From Rhodospirillales bacterium (GTDB lineage Bacteria > Pseudomonadota > Alphaproteobacteria > CACIAM-22H2): 64,000 bases of DNA. The position numbers and the translations under genes are program-made. Under the pieces are notes generated by a model, which worked only from the letters and a program-made list of their open reading frames with translations, did not search any database and had not been told where the DNA came from. Each line of letters begins with the position of its first letter. The first letter of the stretch is position 1. Where the stretch lies: NCBI GenBank assembly GCA_016794025.1, contig JAEUKX010000094.1, forward strand, positions 2,052 to 66,051, given 5' to 3'. Shown here piece by piece: positions 53,396-61,209 of this stretch.

Positions 53396-55811
53396 ACTTC
53401 CGGGCTCTGCCCGCATCGTTGTCATCGGCGGGGGAGCGGTCGGTTGCTCCATCGCCTACCACCTGGCGAAACTCGGACAGCGCGACGTCGTCGTTCTCGA
53501 AAAGGCGGCCCTGACGAACGGTTCGACCTGGCACGCCGCAGGCCTCGTGGGTCAGCTGCGCTCCAAGCGCAACCTGACGCGGCTCATGCAGTACTCGGCC
53601 CAGCTCTACGGAAAGCTCGAGGCGGAGACGGGCCAGGCGGTCGAGTGGAAGCCCGTGGGCAGCCTGCGGCTTGCCTCCTCGCAGGAGCGCTGGAGCGAAC
53701 TCAAGCGCATGGCGACGACCGCGCGCAGCTTCGATTTCGAGCTGCACACGCTTTCGCCCAAGGAAGCGCAGGAGAAGTTCCCGCTCATCTCGCTCGACGG
53801 GGTCGTGGGCGCCGTGTTCGTGCCCGACGACGGGTCGGTTGATCCGTCGAGCCTGACGCATGCCTATGCAAAGGGCGCGCGCGCGGGCGGCGTGAAATTC
53901 GTCGAGGGCGTCCTCGTGAAGGGCTTCGACACGAAGGACCGGCGCATCACGAAGGTGCGCACCGACAAGGGCGACATCGCGTGCGAGATCGTCGTCAACG
54001 CGGCCGGCATCTGGGCGCGCGACGTTGCCGCGATGGCCGGCGTGCGCGTGCCGGCAGGCGCGGTCGAGCACCAGTACCTGATCACCGAGAAGCGCAACGA
54101 CATGCCCAAGGGGCTGCCGACGCTGCGCGACCCGGACAACATCTTCTACCTGAAGCCCGAGCCCGGTGCGCTTGCCATCGGCGGCTGGGAACAGGGGACG
54201 CCGACCTTCGGCTCCAAGGGCGTGCCGTTCGAGTTCGGCCGCGAGCTGTTCCCGCCGAACCAGGACAGGCTCGAGGCGTTCCTGCTGCCGGCGGCCGAAC
54301 GCCTGCCGATCCTCAACGAGATCGGCATCCGCACCGTCATCAACGGGCCCATCCCGATCTCGCCGGACGGCGAGCCGATCATGGGATTGGCGCCCGAGCG
54401 CGACAATTTCTACGTGGCCTGCGGCTTCACGTCGGGCATCGCCGCATCGGGCGGTGCTGGCAAGGCAATGGCCGAATGGATCGTTGCGGGCGAACCGTCG
54501 ATGGACCTTTGGGCCTTCGACGTACGCCGCTTCGGCGCGCACCACATGTCGGCCAAGTACCTCGCCGAACGCAGCGTGGACAGCTACTGGCGCTATTACC
54601 AGATCCACTATCCGATCGAGGAGCTGGAGAGCGCGCGCGGCGGCCGGCGCAGCCCGCTCTATTCGGTCCTCAAGGACCGGCGCGCGGTCTACGGCTCCCG
54701 GTTCGGCTGGGAACGTCCCAACTGGTTCGCACCCGAAGGCGTCGAGCCGGTCGACCGGCCATCGTTCGAATCCAGACCCAACTGGTTCGCGCATGTCGCC
54801 GGGGAGTGTCGTGCGGCCCGCGAACGCGCCGTGCTGATCGACCAGAGCTCGTTCTCGAAGTTCGAGTTCACCGGCCCCGGCACGTTCGCGGCCCTCCAGC
54901 GCATCGCCGCCAACGATCTCGACAAACCGGCCGGCAGCCTCGTCTATACGCAGCTTTGCAACGCGCGCGGCGGCATCGAGGCCGACCTGACGTTCGTGCG
55001 GCTCGACGAGAACCGCTTCTACATGGTGACGGGCAGCGCCTTCGGCGTGCGCGACATGCACTGGATCCGATCGCACCTTCCGACCGATGGTTCGGTGAAC
55101 GTGGCCGACGTCACCTCGGCACGCGCCACCATCAACCTCGCGGGCCCTAGGTCGCGCGATATCCTCGCGGCCGTGGCGGACGGCGACGTGTCGAACGCCG
55201 CCTTCCCGTACATGACGGCGCGGGAAATCCGCGTCGGCTTCGCGCCCGTGCTGGCCATGCGCGTCACCTACGTGGGCGAGCTGGGCTGGGAGCTGCACAT
55301 GCCCGTCGAATATGCGCAGCACGTCTACGAACTGCTGTCGGAGGCGGGCAAGGCGCACGGGCTGACCGATGCCGGCTATCGCGCGATCGACTCGCTGCGG
55401 CTGGAGAAGCGCTATCTCTACTGGGGCGCCGACATCACGCCCGACTACACGCCCTACGAGGCCGGGCTCGGTTTCGCGGTGGCGCTCGGCAAGAAGGCCG
55501 ATTTCATCGGCCGTGCGGCGCTCGAGAAGGCCAGGGCCGAGGGGCCGAAGCGCAAGCTTGTCGTGCTGACGGTCGACGCGCCCGTGCAGCTTTACGGCGG
55601 CGAATCGATCGTGCTTGGCGGCAAGGTCGTGGGCGTCACGTCGTCGGCCGGCTGGGGCCACACGGTCGGCAAGGCGATTGCCTTCGGCTACGTGCCGGCG
55701 GCACACGCCGCCGCAACCGACTTCGAGATCGAGGCGTTCACGAAGCGCTGGCCGGCGAAGCGGATCGACGGCTGCGCGGTCGATCCGAAGCGTACGAAGA
55801 TTCTGGCCTAG
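53388..55811 (+). CDS. FAD-dependent dehydrogenase with GcvT-like folate-binding domain (dimethylglycine/sarcosine dehydrogenase family)
   Basis: GTG start overlaps the Rieske gene by 8 nt. VVIGGGAVGCSIAYHL dinucleotide fold; C-terminal aminomethyltransferase-like half. 807 aa. Confidence 0.9.
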   Translation: MAELPGSARIVVIGGGAVGCSIAYHLAKLGQRDVVVLEKAALTNGSTWHAAGLVGQLRSKRNLTRLMQYSAQLYGKLEAETGQAVEWKPVGSLRLASSQERWSELKRMATTARSFDFELHTLSPKEAQEKFPLISLDGVVGAVFVPDDGSVDPSSLTHAYAKGARAGGVKFVEGVLVKGFDTKDRRITKVRTDKGDIACEIVVNAAGIWARDVAAMAGVRVPAGAVEHQYLITEKRNDMPKGLPTLRDPDNIFYLKPEPGALAIGGWEQGTPTFGSKGVPFEFGRELFPPNQDRLEAFLLPAAERLPILNEIGIRTVINGPIPISPDGEPIMGLAPERDNFYVACGFTSGIAASGGAGKAMAEWIVAGEPSMDLWAFDVRRFGAHHMSAKYLAERSVDSYWRYYQIHYPIEELESARGGRRSPLYSVLKDRRAVYGSRFGWERPNWFAPEGVEPVDRPSFESRPNWFAHVAGECRAARERAVLIDQSSFSKFEFTGPGTFAALQRIAANDLDKPAGSLVYTQLCNARGGIEADLTFVRLDENRFYMVTGSAFGVRDMHWIRSHLPTDGSVNVADVTSARATINLAGPRSRDILAAVADGDVSNAAFPYMTAREIRVGFAPVLAMRVTYVGELGWELHMPVEYAQHVYELLSEAGKAHGLTDAGYRAIDSLRLEKRYLYWGADITPDYTPYEAGLGFAVALGKKADFIGRAALEKARAEGPKRKLVVLTVDAPVQLYGGESIVLGGKVVGVTSSAGWGHTVGKAIAFGYVPAAHAAATDFEIEAFTKRWPAKRIDGCAVDPKRTKILA

Positions 55812-56503
55812 AGATCCTCGATCCGCGCGACGGCGATATCGGCCAGTGCCGCGAGCGCCGCGCGGTGGACGGGATCGCGCGCGACGGCAACGGCGAACGC
55901 CCCGCCGGCGCGCGCGAGCTTCATGTCGTTCTCGGAGTCCCCGACGACCGCGATCGCCTCTGCCGGGATTCCCGTCGCGGCGGCGAAGTCGCGGACCGCG
56001 CCCGGATCGGGTTTGGGCGCGCTCGGCCCGTCGTAGCCCGTGACGAAGACGAACGCGTGCGCCACGCCGAGCGCGTCGAGCTGTTCGAGCGCCGATGCGC
56101 GGCTGTCGTTCGTCGCGACCCCGAGCGCGATGCCGCGACCGGCGAGCCGGCCAACCGTGCCCTTGAGGTCGCCCAGCGCCGTCACGTTCGCAAGGATGGC
56201 GCGCGCGAAAGTCGTGTCGATCAGTGCCGCATCCGAAGGAACGAAGGTCTGGCCAAGCAGCTCGCGCCAGCGGCGCGCGATGGCGGCATTCGGATTGTTC
56301 GCGAAAAAAGCGTCCGCGGCGAAGGTGCCGGCCTTCTCGTTCCAGCCGACGGCCTCGCAAAGCCTTACAGCGGCAGCCGCATCGTCGCCCACAAACGCGG
56401 CCGCTCCCGCCTTCATCGTGCCCGCCCAGGTGCGGTCGAAATCGACGAGCGTGCCGTCCTTGTCGAAAAGGACGCCGCGGATATGCCGGGGCAGCGCGCT
56501 CAC
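55808..56503 (-). CDS. HAD-superfamily hydrolase (phosphonatase-like/phosphatase)
   Basis: Motif I LFDKDGTLVDF and motif IV VGDSENDM. GTG start overlaps the permease stop (GTGA). Confidence 0.85.
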   Translation of the reverse strand: MSALPRHIRGVLFDKDGTLVDFDRTWAGTMKAGAAAFVGDDAAAAVRLCEAVGWNEKAGTFAADAFFANNPNAAIARRWRELLGQTFVPSDAALIDTTFARAILANVTALGDLKGTVGRLAGRGIALGVATNDSRASALEQLDALGVAHAFVFVTGYDGPSAPKPDPGAVRDFAAATGIPAEAIAVVGDSENDMKLARAGGAFAVAVARDPVHRAALAALADIAVARIEDL

Positions 56504-58167
56504 CGCGCGCGCCAGGCCTGCGTGCGCCGGTCGAGCCAGGCGGCAAGAAGCGAGTGCAGCACCTTCGCCGCCGCCGAGGTCGCGACGATCGTGCAGCCCA
56601 TGGCCGCAGCCGCGGCGGTGAAGCCGGCCTCGTCCATGTTCACGATCGCGACCGACGCAAGCTTGGTATAGGGACCGTAGAGGAAGATGACGGCAGAGAC
56701 GGTCGTCATCGCGTTGACGAACATGTAGAACCACACGTCGAGCAGCGCCTGGCTGCTGACCGGCAGCGTCACCTGCCACGCCGTGCGCCAGACCGAAATC
56801 TTGAGCGAGGACGACACGCTCTCGAACTCCGGGTCGAGCTGCTTGAGCGCCTGAAGCGAGGTCAGGTGTGCGACCGTGTAGAAGTGTGCGATCGTGTTGA
56901 GCACGAGGATCGCCAGCGTGCCGTAGATGAAGCCCAGCGGATTTCCGGGCGCATTGAAGAAGAAGATGTACGACAGGCCCAGCACGAGGCCCGGCACCGC
57001 AAGCGGGATCATTGCCAGCAGGTGGACGACACCGCGCAGGAACTCCGCGCCGCGGGTCTTGTCGACCAGCCAGGCGCCGAAGGCGACGACGGAGCAGCCG
57101 ATCGTGGCGGCGCACGCGGCCATGGCGAGCGTGTTGAAATACGAACTCCACCCGGACGCGTCGGCGTTCTGGAAGGCGTAGTTGCGCAGCGAAAGCGACA
57201 GGTTGTACGGCCAGTACTGGATCAGGCTCGCCCACGCCGCAACGCCCAGCACGACGAGAATGCAGGTCGCCACGAGCGCGCAGAAGGCGAACAGCACGAG
57301 GTCGCGCAGCTTGCGCTTCTGCGGTTCGAAGGGAACGGCGCGAGCGCTCAATAGCGCCACCTGCCGTCGCGCGACCCACCGGTCGGCCGCGAAGGCGATC
57401 ATCGCGGGCAGCAGCAGCACCATGCCGACGACCGCGCCCATCTCGAAGTTCTGCTGGCCGATGACCTGCTTGTAGACGTCCGTCGCCAGCACGTTGAAGC
57501 GACCGCCGATGACCTTCGGGATGCCGAAATCGGTCGCGATCATCGTGAAGACGACGAAGAACGCGCTGACGATGCCGTATTTGACGCCGGGCAGCGTGAC
57601 GGTGAGGAACACGCGCACGCGGCCCGCCCCCAGCACCTCGGCCGCCTCGTAGTGGCGGCGGTCGGCGATGGCGAGCGCGGTCGACAGGATCAGGAAGGCG
57701 TGCGGAAAGCAGTAATAGACCTGCGCGATGACGATGCCGATGGGCCCGTAGATCGACTCGCCCATCAGCATGAAGCGCGCGAAGCCCTGGTTGCCGAAGA
57801 GATAGATGAGCGCGATTGCGGGCAGCAGCGAGGGCGCCAGGATCGGCACGAGGCCGAGCGCGCGGAACACCCCGCGCCCGGGCATGGTCGTGCGCCGGAT
57901 CGCGTAGGCATAGACGAAGGCGAGCGGCACGACGATGCACGTCGCCAGCAGCGACACCCACACCGTGCTCCACAGCGAGGCCACGAGGGACGGCGTGCCG
58001 AAATAGCGCACGAAATTGGCGAGGCCGACGAACTGCCCGTCGCGGTCGCGGAAGCTCTTCCCGAAAAGGGTGGCGAGCGGCAGCGCCAGCGACACGAGCA
58101 GGAAGCCCGCCGCGACCAGAAGGGCCGCGCGCTGTCCGATTGCGTCTCTGTCGAGCCGGATGCCCAA
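56500..58167 (-). CDS. fused double-domain ABC permease (Fe3+/AEP-type, PhnU2-like architecture)
   Basis: About 555 aa with two MetI-like halves. No ATG/GTG near the expected start; TTG 58167 (or CTG 58182) inferred, so the start is uncertain. Confidence 0.8.
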   Translation of the reverse strand: MGIRLDRDAIGQRAALLVAAGFLLVSLALPLATLFGKSFRDRDGQFVGLANFVRYFGTPSLVASLWSTVWVSLLATCIVVPLAFVYAYAIRRTTMPGRGVFRALGLVPILAPSLLPAIALIYLFGNQGFARFMLMGESIYGPIGIVIAQVYYCFPHAFLILSTALAIADRRHYEAAEVLGAGRVRVFLTVTLPGVKYGIVSAFFVVFTMIATDFGIPKVIGGRFNVLATDVYKQVIGQQNFEMGAVVGMVLLLPAMIAFAADRWVARRQVALLSARAVPFEPQKRKLRDLVLFAFCALVATCILVVLGVAAWASLIQYWPYNLSLSLRNYAFQNADASGWSSYFNTLAMAACAATIGCSVVAFGAWLVDKTRGAEFLRGVVHLLAMIPLAVPGLVLGLSYIFFFNAPGNPLGFIYGTLAILVLNTIAHFYTVAHLTSLQALKQLDPEFESVSSSLKISVWRTAWQVTLPVSSQALLDVWFYMFVNAMTTVSAVIFLYGPYTKLASVAIVNMDEAGFTAAAAAMGCTIVATSAAAKVLHSLLAAWLDRRTQAWRAR

Positions 58168-58178
58168 AGGTCCGCCGC

Positions 58179-59249
58179 TCAGCCCGGAAAGACGCGCAGA
58201 CGCTCTGCCGGCAGCGCGACCTTGATGCGCGCGCCGGCGGCGAGCGAATGGTCGCGAAGCAGGTTCGCCGAAAAATCGGCGCTGATCGACATGCCGCCGG
58301 GGCCCACGAGGCGCGCGCGGCTGAAGGCGCCCATGAAGACGAGTTCCTCGACCGTGACGTCGACGCGGTTTGGCGTTGTGTCGCCGATGCCGCGGACCAT
58401 CACGTCCTCGGGCCGCACGCACACGCGCAGGTCCATGCCGGGGTTCGTGCCTTCGGGCGTGGCGACGGCGATTTCGACGCCACCGGACACGATGCGGCCG
58501 GGTGCCAGCATCTTCGCCTTGAGGAAGTTCGTGGTGCCGACGAAATCCGCCACGAACGGCGTTTCGGGCGCGGCGTAGACGTGGGCGGGCGTGCCGTACT
58601 GTTCGATGCGGCCGGAATTCATCACCGCGATGCGGTCGGCCATCGTCAGCGCCTCTTCCTGGTCGTGCGTGACCATGATCGTCGTCACGCCGAGGCGGTG
58701 CTGGAGAGCCCGGATTTCCTGGCGCAGATAGACGCGCACGCGCGCGTCGAGCGCCGACAGCGGCTCGTCGAGCAGCAGCAGGCCCGGCGAGATGGCGAGC
58801 GCGCGGGCGAGCGCCACGCGCTGCTGCTGGCCGCCGGAAATCTGCGCGGGAAATTTCTTCGCTTCGCCCGGGAGTCCCACGAGCGTCAGCAGTTCGTCGA
58901 CGCGCGCGGCGATCTCCGCGCCGCTCTTGCCCCGACCGCGCAGGCCGTAGGCGACGTTGTCGAAGACGGTCAGGTTCGGGAAGAGCGCGTAGGACTGGAA
59001 CACGATCCCGAAATCGCGCCCCGAAGGCGGCAGGTTCGAGATGTCGCGGCCGTCCTGCACGATGCGCCCGCCGCTCATCGTCTCGAGGCCGGCGATCATG
59101 CGCAGCAGCGTGGTCTTTCCGCAGCCCGACGGGCCGAGGAGGCAGACGAACTCGCCGCGTTTGACTGTGAAAGTGGCGTCGCGGACGGCCTGGAACTTCC
59201 CGAAATGCTTCGCGACGCGCTCGACGACCAGGTAAGGCTGCTCGGACAT
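58179..59249 (-). CDS. ABC transporter ATP-binding protein (PotA/FbpC/PhnT2-like)
   Basis: GPSGCGKTT, ISGGQQQRV, LLLLDEPLSALD; C-terminal TOBE-like region. Confidence 0.95.
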   Translation of the reverse strand: MSEQPYLVVERVAKHFGKFQAVRDATFTVKRGEFVCLLGPSGCGKTTLLRMIAGLETMSGGRIVQDGRDISNLPPSGRDFGIVFQSYALFPNLTVFDNVAYGLRGRGKSGAEIAARVDELLTLVGLPGEAKKFPAQISGGQQQRVALARALAISPGLLLLDEPLSALDARVRVYLRQEIRALQHRLGVTTIMVTHDQEEALTMADRIAVMNSGRIEQYGTPAHVYAAPETPFVADFVGTTNFLKAKMLAPGRIVSGGVEIAVATPEGTNPGMDLRVCVRPEDVMVRGIGDTTPNRVDVTVEELVFMGAFSRARLVGPGGMSISADFSANLLRDHSLAAGARIKVALPAERLRVFPG

Positions 59250-59271
59250 TTTTTTGCGTGCTTGTCCGGTT

Positions 59272-59297
59272 CTCCCCGCGCCGTGCGGCGCGGGGAG
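59272..59297 (-). other. intercistronic GC stem-loop between the binding-protein and ATPase genes
   Basis: Perfect 11-bp stem ctccccgcgcc / ggcgcggggag with 4-nt loop, in the 69-nt gap between stop 59319 and ATG 59249. Confidence 0.5.
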
Positions 59298-59318
59298 CGG
59301 CCGGTTCCCGTCAGAGGT

Positions 59319-60362
59319 TCACTTCGGCGCCGACTTGCCGTCGTAACGCTTCGACCATTCGGCGAGCGTCTTGTCGCGGTTGTTCGCCATCGCCGCGAGG
59401 TCGATCTTGAGCATCCGCGCCTCGGTCTCGGCCGGATAGTTGGGCGCCGTGCCCTTCGCATCCGGATCGGCGACCACGTTGTAGTACTTGGAGTAGAGGT
59501 CCCGGTTCGCTTCCGCCGAGGACGAATAGTCCATCAGCTTCTGCGCCGCGGCCATGTTCTTGGTCGTCTTGACGATCGCCGAGGCTTCCATGTCCCAGCC
59601 CACACCTTCCGTCGGCACGACGATCTCGACCGGCGCACCTTTCGTCTTTTCGGATGCGGCGCGCATGTCGAAGCTGATGCCGATGGCATATTCGCCGCGC
59701 GCGGCCTGCACGCAAGGCGCCGAGCCCGAATGCAGGTAGACGCCGACGTTTTCGTGCAGCTTGTCCATGTATTGCCACGCCGCGGCGTCGCCCATGATCT
59801 GCTGCCAGGCGGCGACCGTCAGGTAGCCCGTACCCGACGAGGCGGGGTTCGGCATGACGATCTTGCCCTTGTAGGCCGGGTTCACGAGATCGGCCCACGT
59901 CTTCGGGATCGGCAGGTTCTGCGCCTTGGCGACCGCCGTGTTGACGCAGATCGACGCGGCGTAGGCGTCGATGCCGTGCCAGGTGAACGGCGCCGTCTGG
60001 TCCTTGAAGAGCGGCTTCAGCTTGTCGTAGCCCTTCGGCTTGTAATCGGCGAGCAGGCCCTGCTGCTCGAACAGGATCAGCGACGTGACCGAAAGACCCC
60101 AGATCGCGTCGGCGCGCGGATTATCCTTTTCGGCGAGGAAGCGCGCGGCGATCGTGCCGGTCGAATCGCGCACCCAGGCGATCTCGACGTCGGGGGCCAC
60201 CTTCTCGAAGGCTTCCTTGAAGACCGGGAGCTGCTCGTTCTCGATGGCGGTATAGACCGTGATGCGCGTGCGCTGCTGCGCATCAGCAGCACCGGCGCCG
60301 AACGCCAGAACGGCGATCGCCGCCGTAAGCGTCTTGCCGATGGTCGTGAAGCTGTTTTTCAT
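59319..60362 (-). CDS. periplasmic substrate-binding protein (Fe3+/polyamine/AEP-type, PhnS2-like)
   Basis: Signal peptide MKNSFTTIGKTLTAAIAVLAFGAGAADA. About 347 aa; ...NPASSGTGYL... pattern of this SBP cluster. Track ORF 59319..60704 trimmed to ATG 60362. Confidence 0.9.
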   Translation of the reverse strand: MKNSFTTIGKTLTAAIAVLAFGAGAADAQQRTRITVYTAIENEQLPVFKEAFEKVAPDVEIAWVRDSTGTIAARFLAEKDNPRADAIWGLSVTSLILFEQQGLLADYKPKGYDKLKPLFKDQTAPFTWHGIDAYAASICVNTAVAKAQNLPIPKTWADLVNPAYKGKIVMPNPASSGTGYLTVAAWQQIMGDAAAWQYMDKLHENVGVYLHSGSAPCVQAARGEYAIGISFDMRAASEKTKGAPVEIVVPTEGVGWDMEASAIVKTTKNMAAAQKLMDYSSSAEANRDLYSKYYNVVADPDAKGTAPNYPAETEARMLKIDLAAMANNRDKTLAEWSKRYDGKSAPK

Positions 60363-60461
60363 TTTTTGCCTCGCCTTCGTTTTTGGTTGGGACATTCCTG
60401 CCGGGATCGACGGTACGCCGCCCTCCGCGGCGAACTTGCCGGATTTCAAGGTCGGTTCTGT

Positions 60462-60477
60462 TGCAATTATATGACCA
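60462..60477 (-). promoter_or_regulatory. sigma-54 type -24/-12 promoter TGGTCAT-ATAA-TTGCA
   Basis: Minus strand: GG at 60476-60475, GC at 60464-60463, perfect TTGCA -12 element. About 100 nt upstream of the binding-protein ATG. Confidence 0.5.
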
Positions 60478-60504
60478 TCCGCGGATGAAACCACATCTCC
60501 GACA

Positions 60505-60577
60505 CCCCCCGCACGCCCGGCCCTGTCCCCCCCCGGCTGGCCGGCCGAGGCAGGCAGGATAGCTGCCGCCCCCCCCC
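60505..60577. repeat. cluster of homopolymeric C tracts (C6, C8, C9) around a short inverted repeat
   Basis: C6 60505-60510, C8 60527-60534, C9 60569-60577. GGCAG-gatag-CTGCC at 60553-60567. The minus strand gives G8-ACA-GGG-CC-GGG-CGTGC-G6. Confidence 0.8.
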
Positions 60578-60657
60578 GAGGGAAACGAGATTCCGCATGT
60601 CGTTCCGTGGCGATAGCCATGGCATCCTCACCGAGGGACTGGAGGAGACACTCGGAC

Positions 60658-61101
60658 ATGACCCACCTGCTGACACTGGCCATCGCCGACCGGATTGCGG
60701 CCACCGCATTGGACGAAGGCCGGCGGCTTGGCCTTGCCCCCCTTGCGCTGGTGGTACTCGACGCAGGCGGCCACGTCGTGCTTGCCCGGCGCGAGGATGG
60801 CGCCGGAATCCTTCGGTTCGAGATCGCCTACGGCAAGGCTTGGGGGGCGCTCGGCATGGGTTTCGGTACGCGCGAACTTGCCGAACGGGCGGCAAAGTCG
60901 CCCGCCTTCCTGGCGGCGATTGCCGCGGCGAGCGGCGGCCGGGCAATCCCGTCGCCCGGCGGCGTCCTGATCCTCGGAACAGGCGGCAGGCCGATCGGCG
61001 CGGTCGGGATTTCCGGCGATACGGGCGACCGCGACGAGGCCTGCGCGGTTGCGGGAATCGCCGCGACGGGACTTTCGGCAGCCCCCGGCAACGTGTCCTA
61101 G
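60658..61101 (+). CDS. GlcG/HbpS-like (DUF336) haem-binding-type protein
   Basis: ...IAYGKAWGALGMGF..., GGVLI..., IGAVGISGDTGDRDEACA pattern of DUF336. GGAGGAG upstream of ATG 60658. Confidence 0.8.
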   Translation: MTHLLTLAIADRIAATALDEGRRLGLAPLALVVLDAGGHVVLARREDGAGILRFEIAYGKAWGALGMGFGTRELAERAAKSPAFLAAIAAASGGRAIPSPGGVLILGTGGRPIGAVGISGDTGDRDEACAVAGIAATGLSAAPGNVS

Positions 61102-61209
61102 GAAACAGAATGACTTATGTGGGGGAAACGGTAAGATGAGACCACTGGAGGCGGCGCGAGATTTGGCGTAACGTTAACCAAAGACAACGCACCGCCGGGG
61201 TCGACGGAT

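Noticed and set aside
55808-56503. Calling the HAD hydrolase a true phosphonoacetaldehyde hydrolase (PhnX)
   Set aside because: Motif I is DKDGT (generic phosphatase/mutase type) rather than the PhnX-type motif I recall. I can only call it HAD, phosphonatase-like by context.
53250-56546. 1098-aa minus-strand ORF (also 7908..10865, 7433..9874, 14871..17126, 51581..53452 and similar)
   Set aside because: All overlap strongly supported genes on the opposite strand or in another frame and lack recognisable domains. The same reasoning applies to the many 60-400 aa Arg-rich ORFs in the track.
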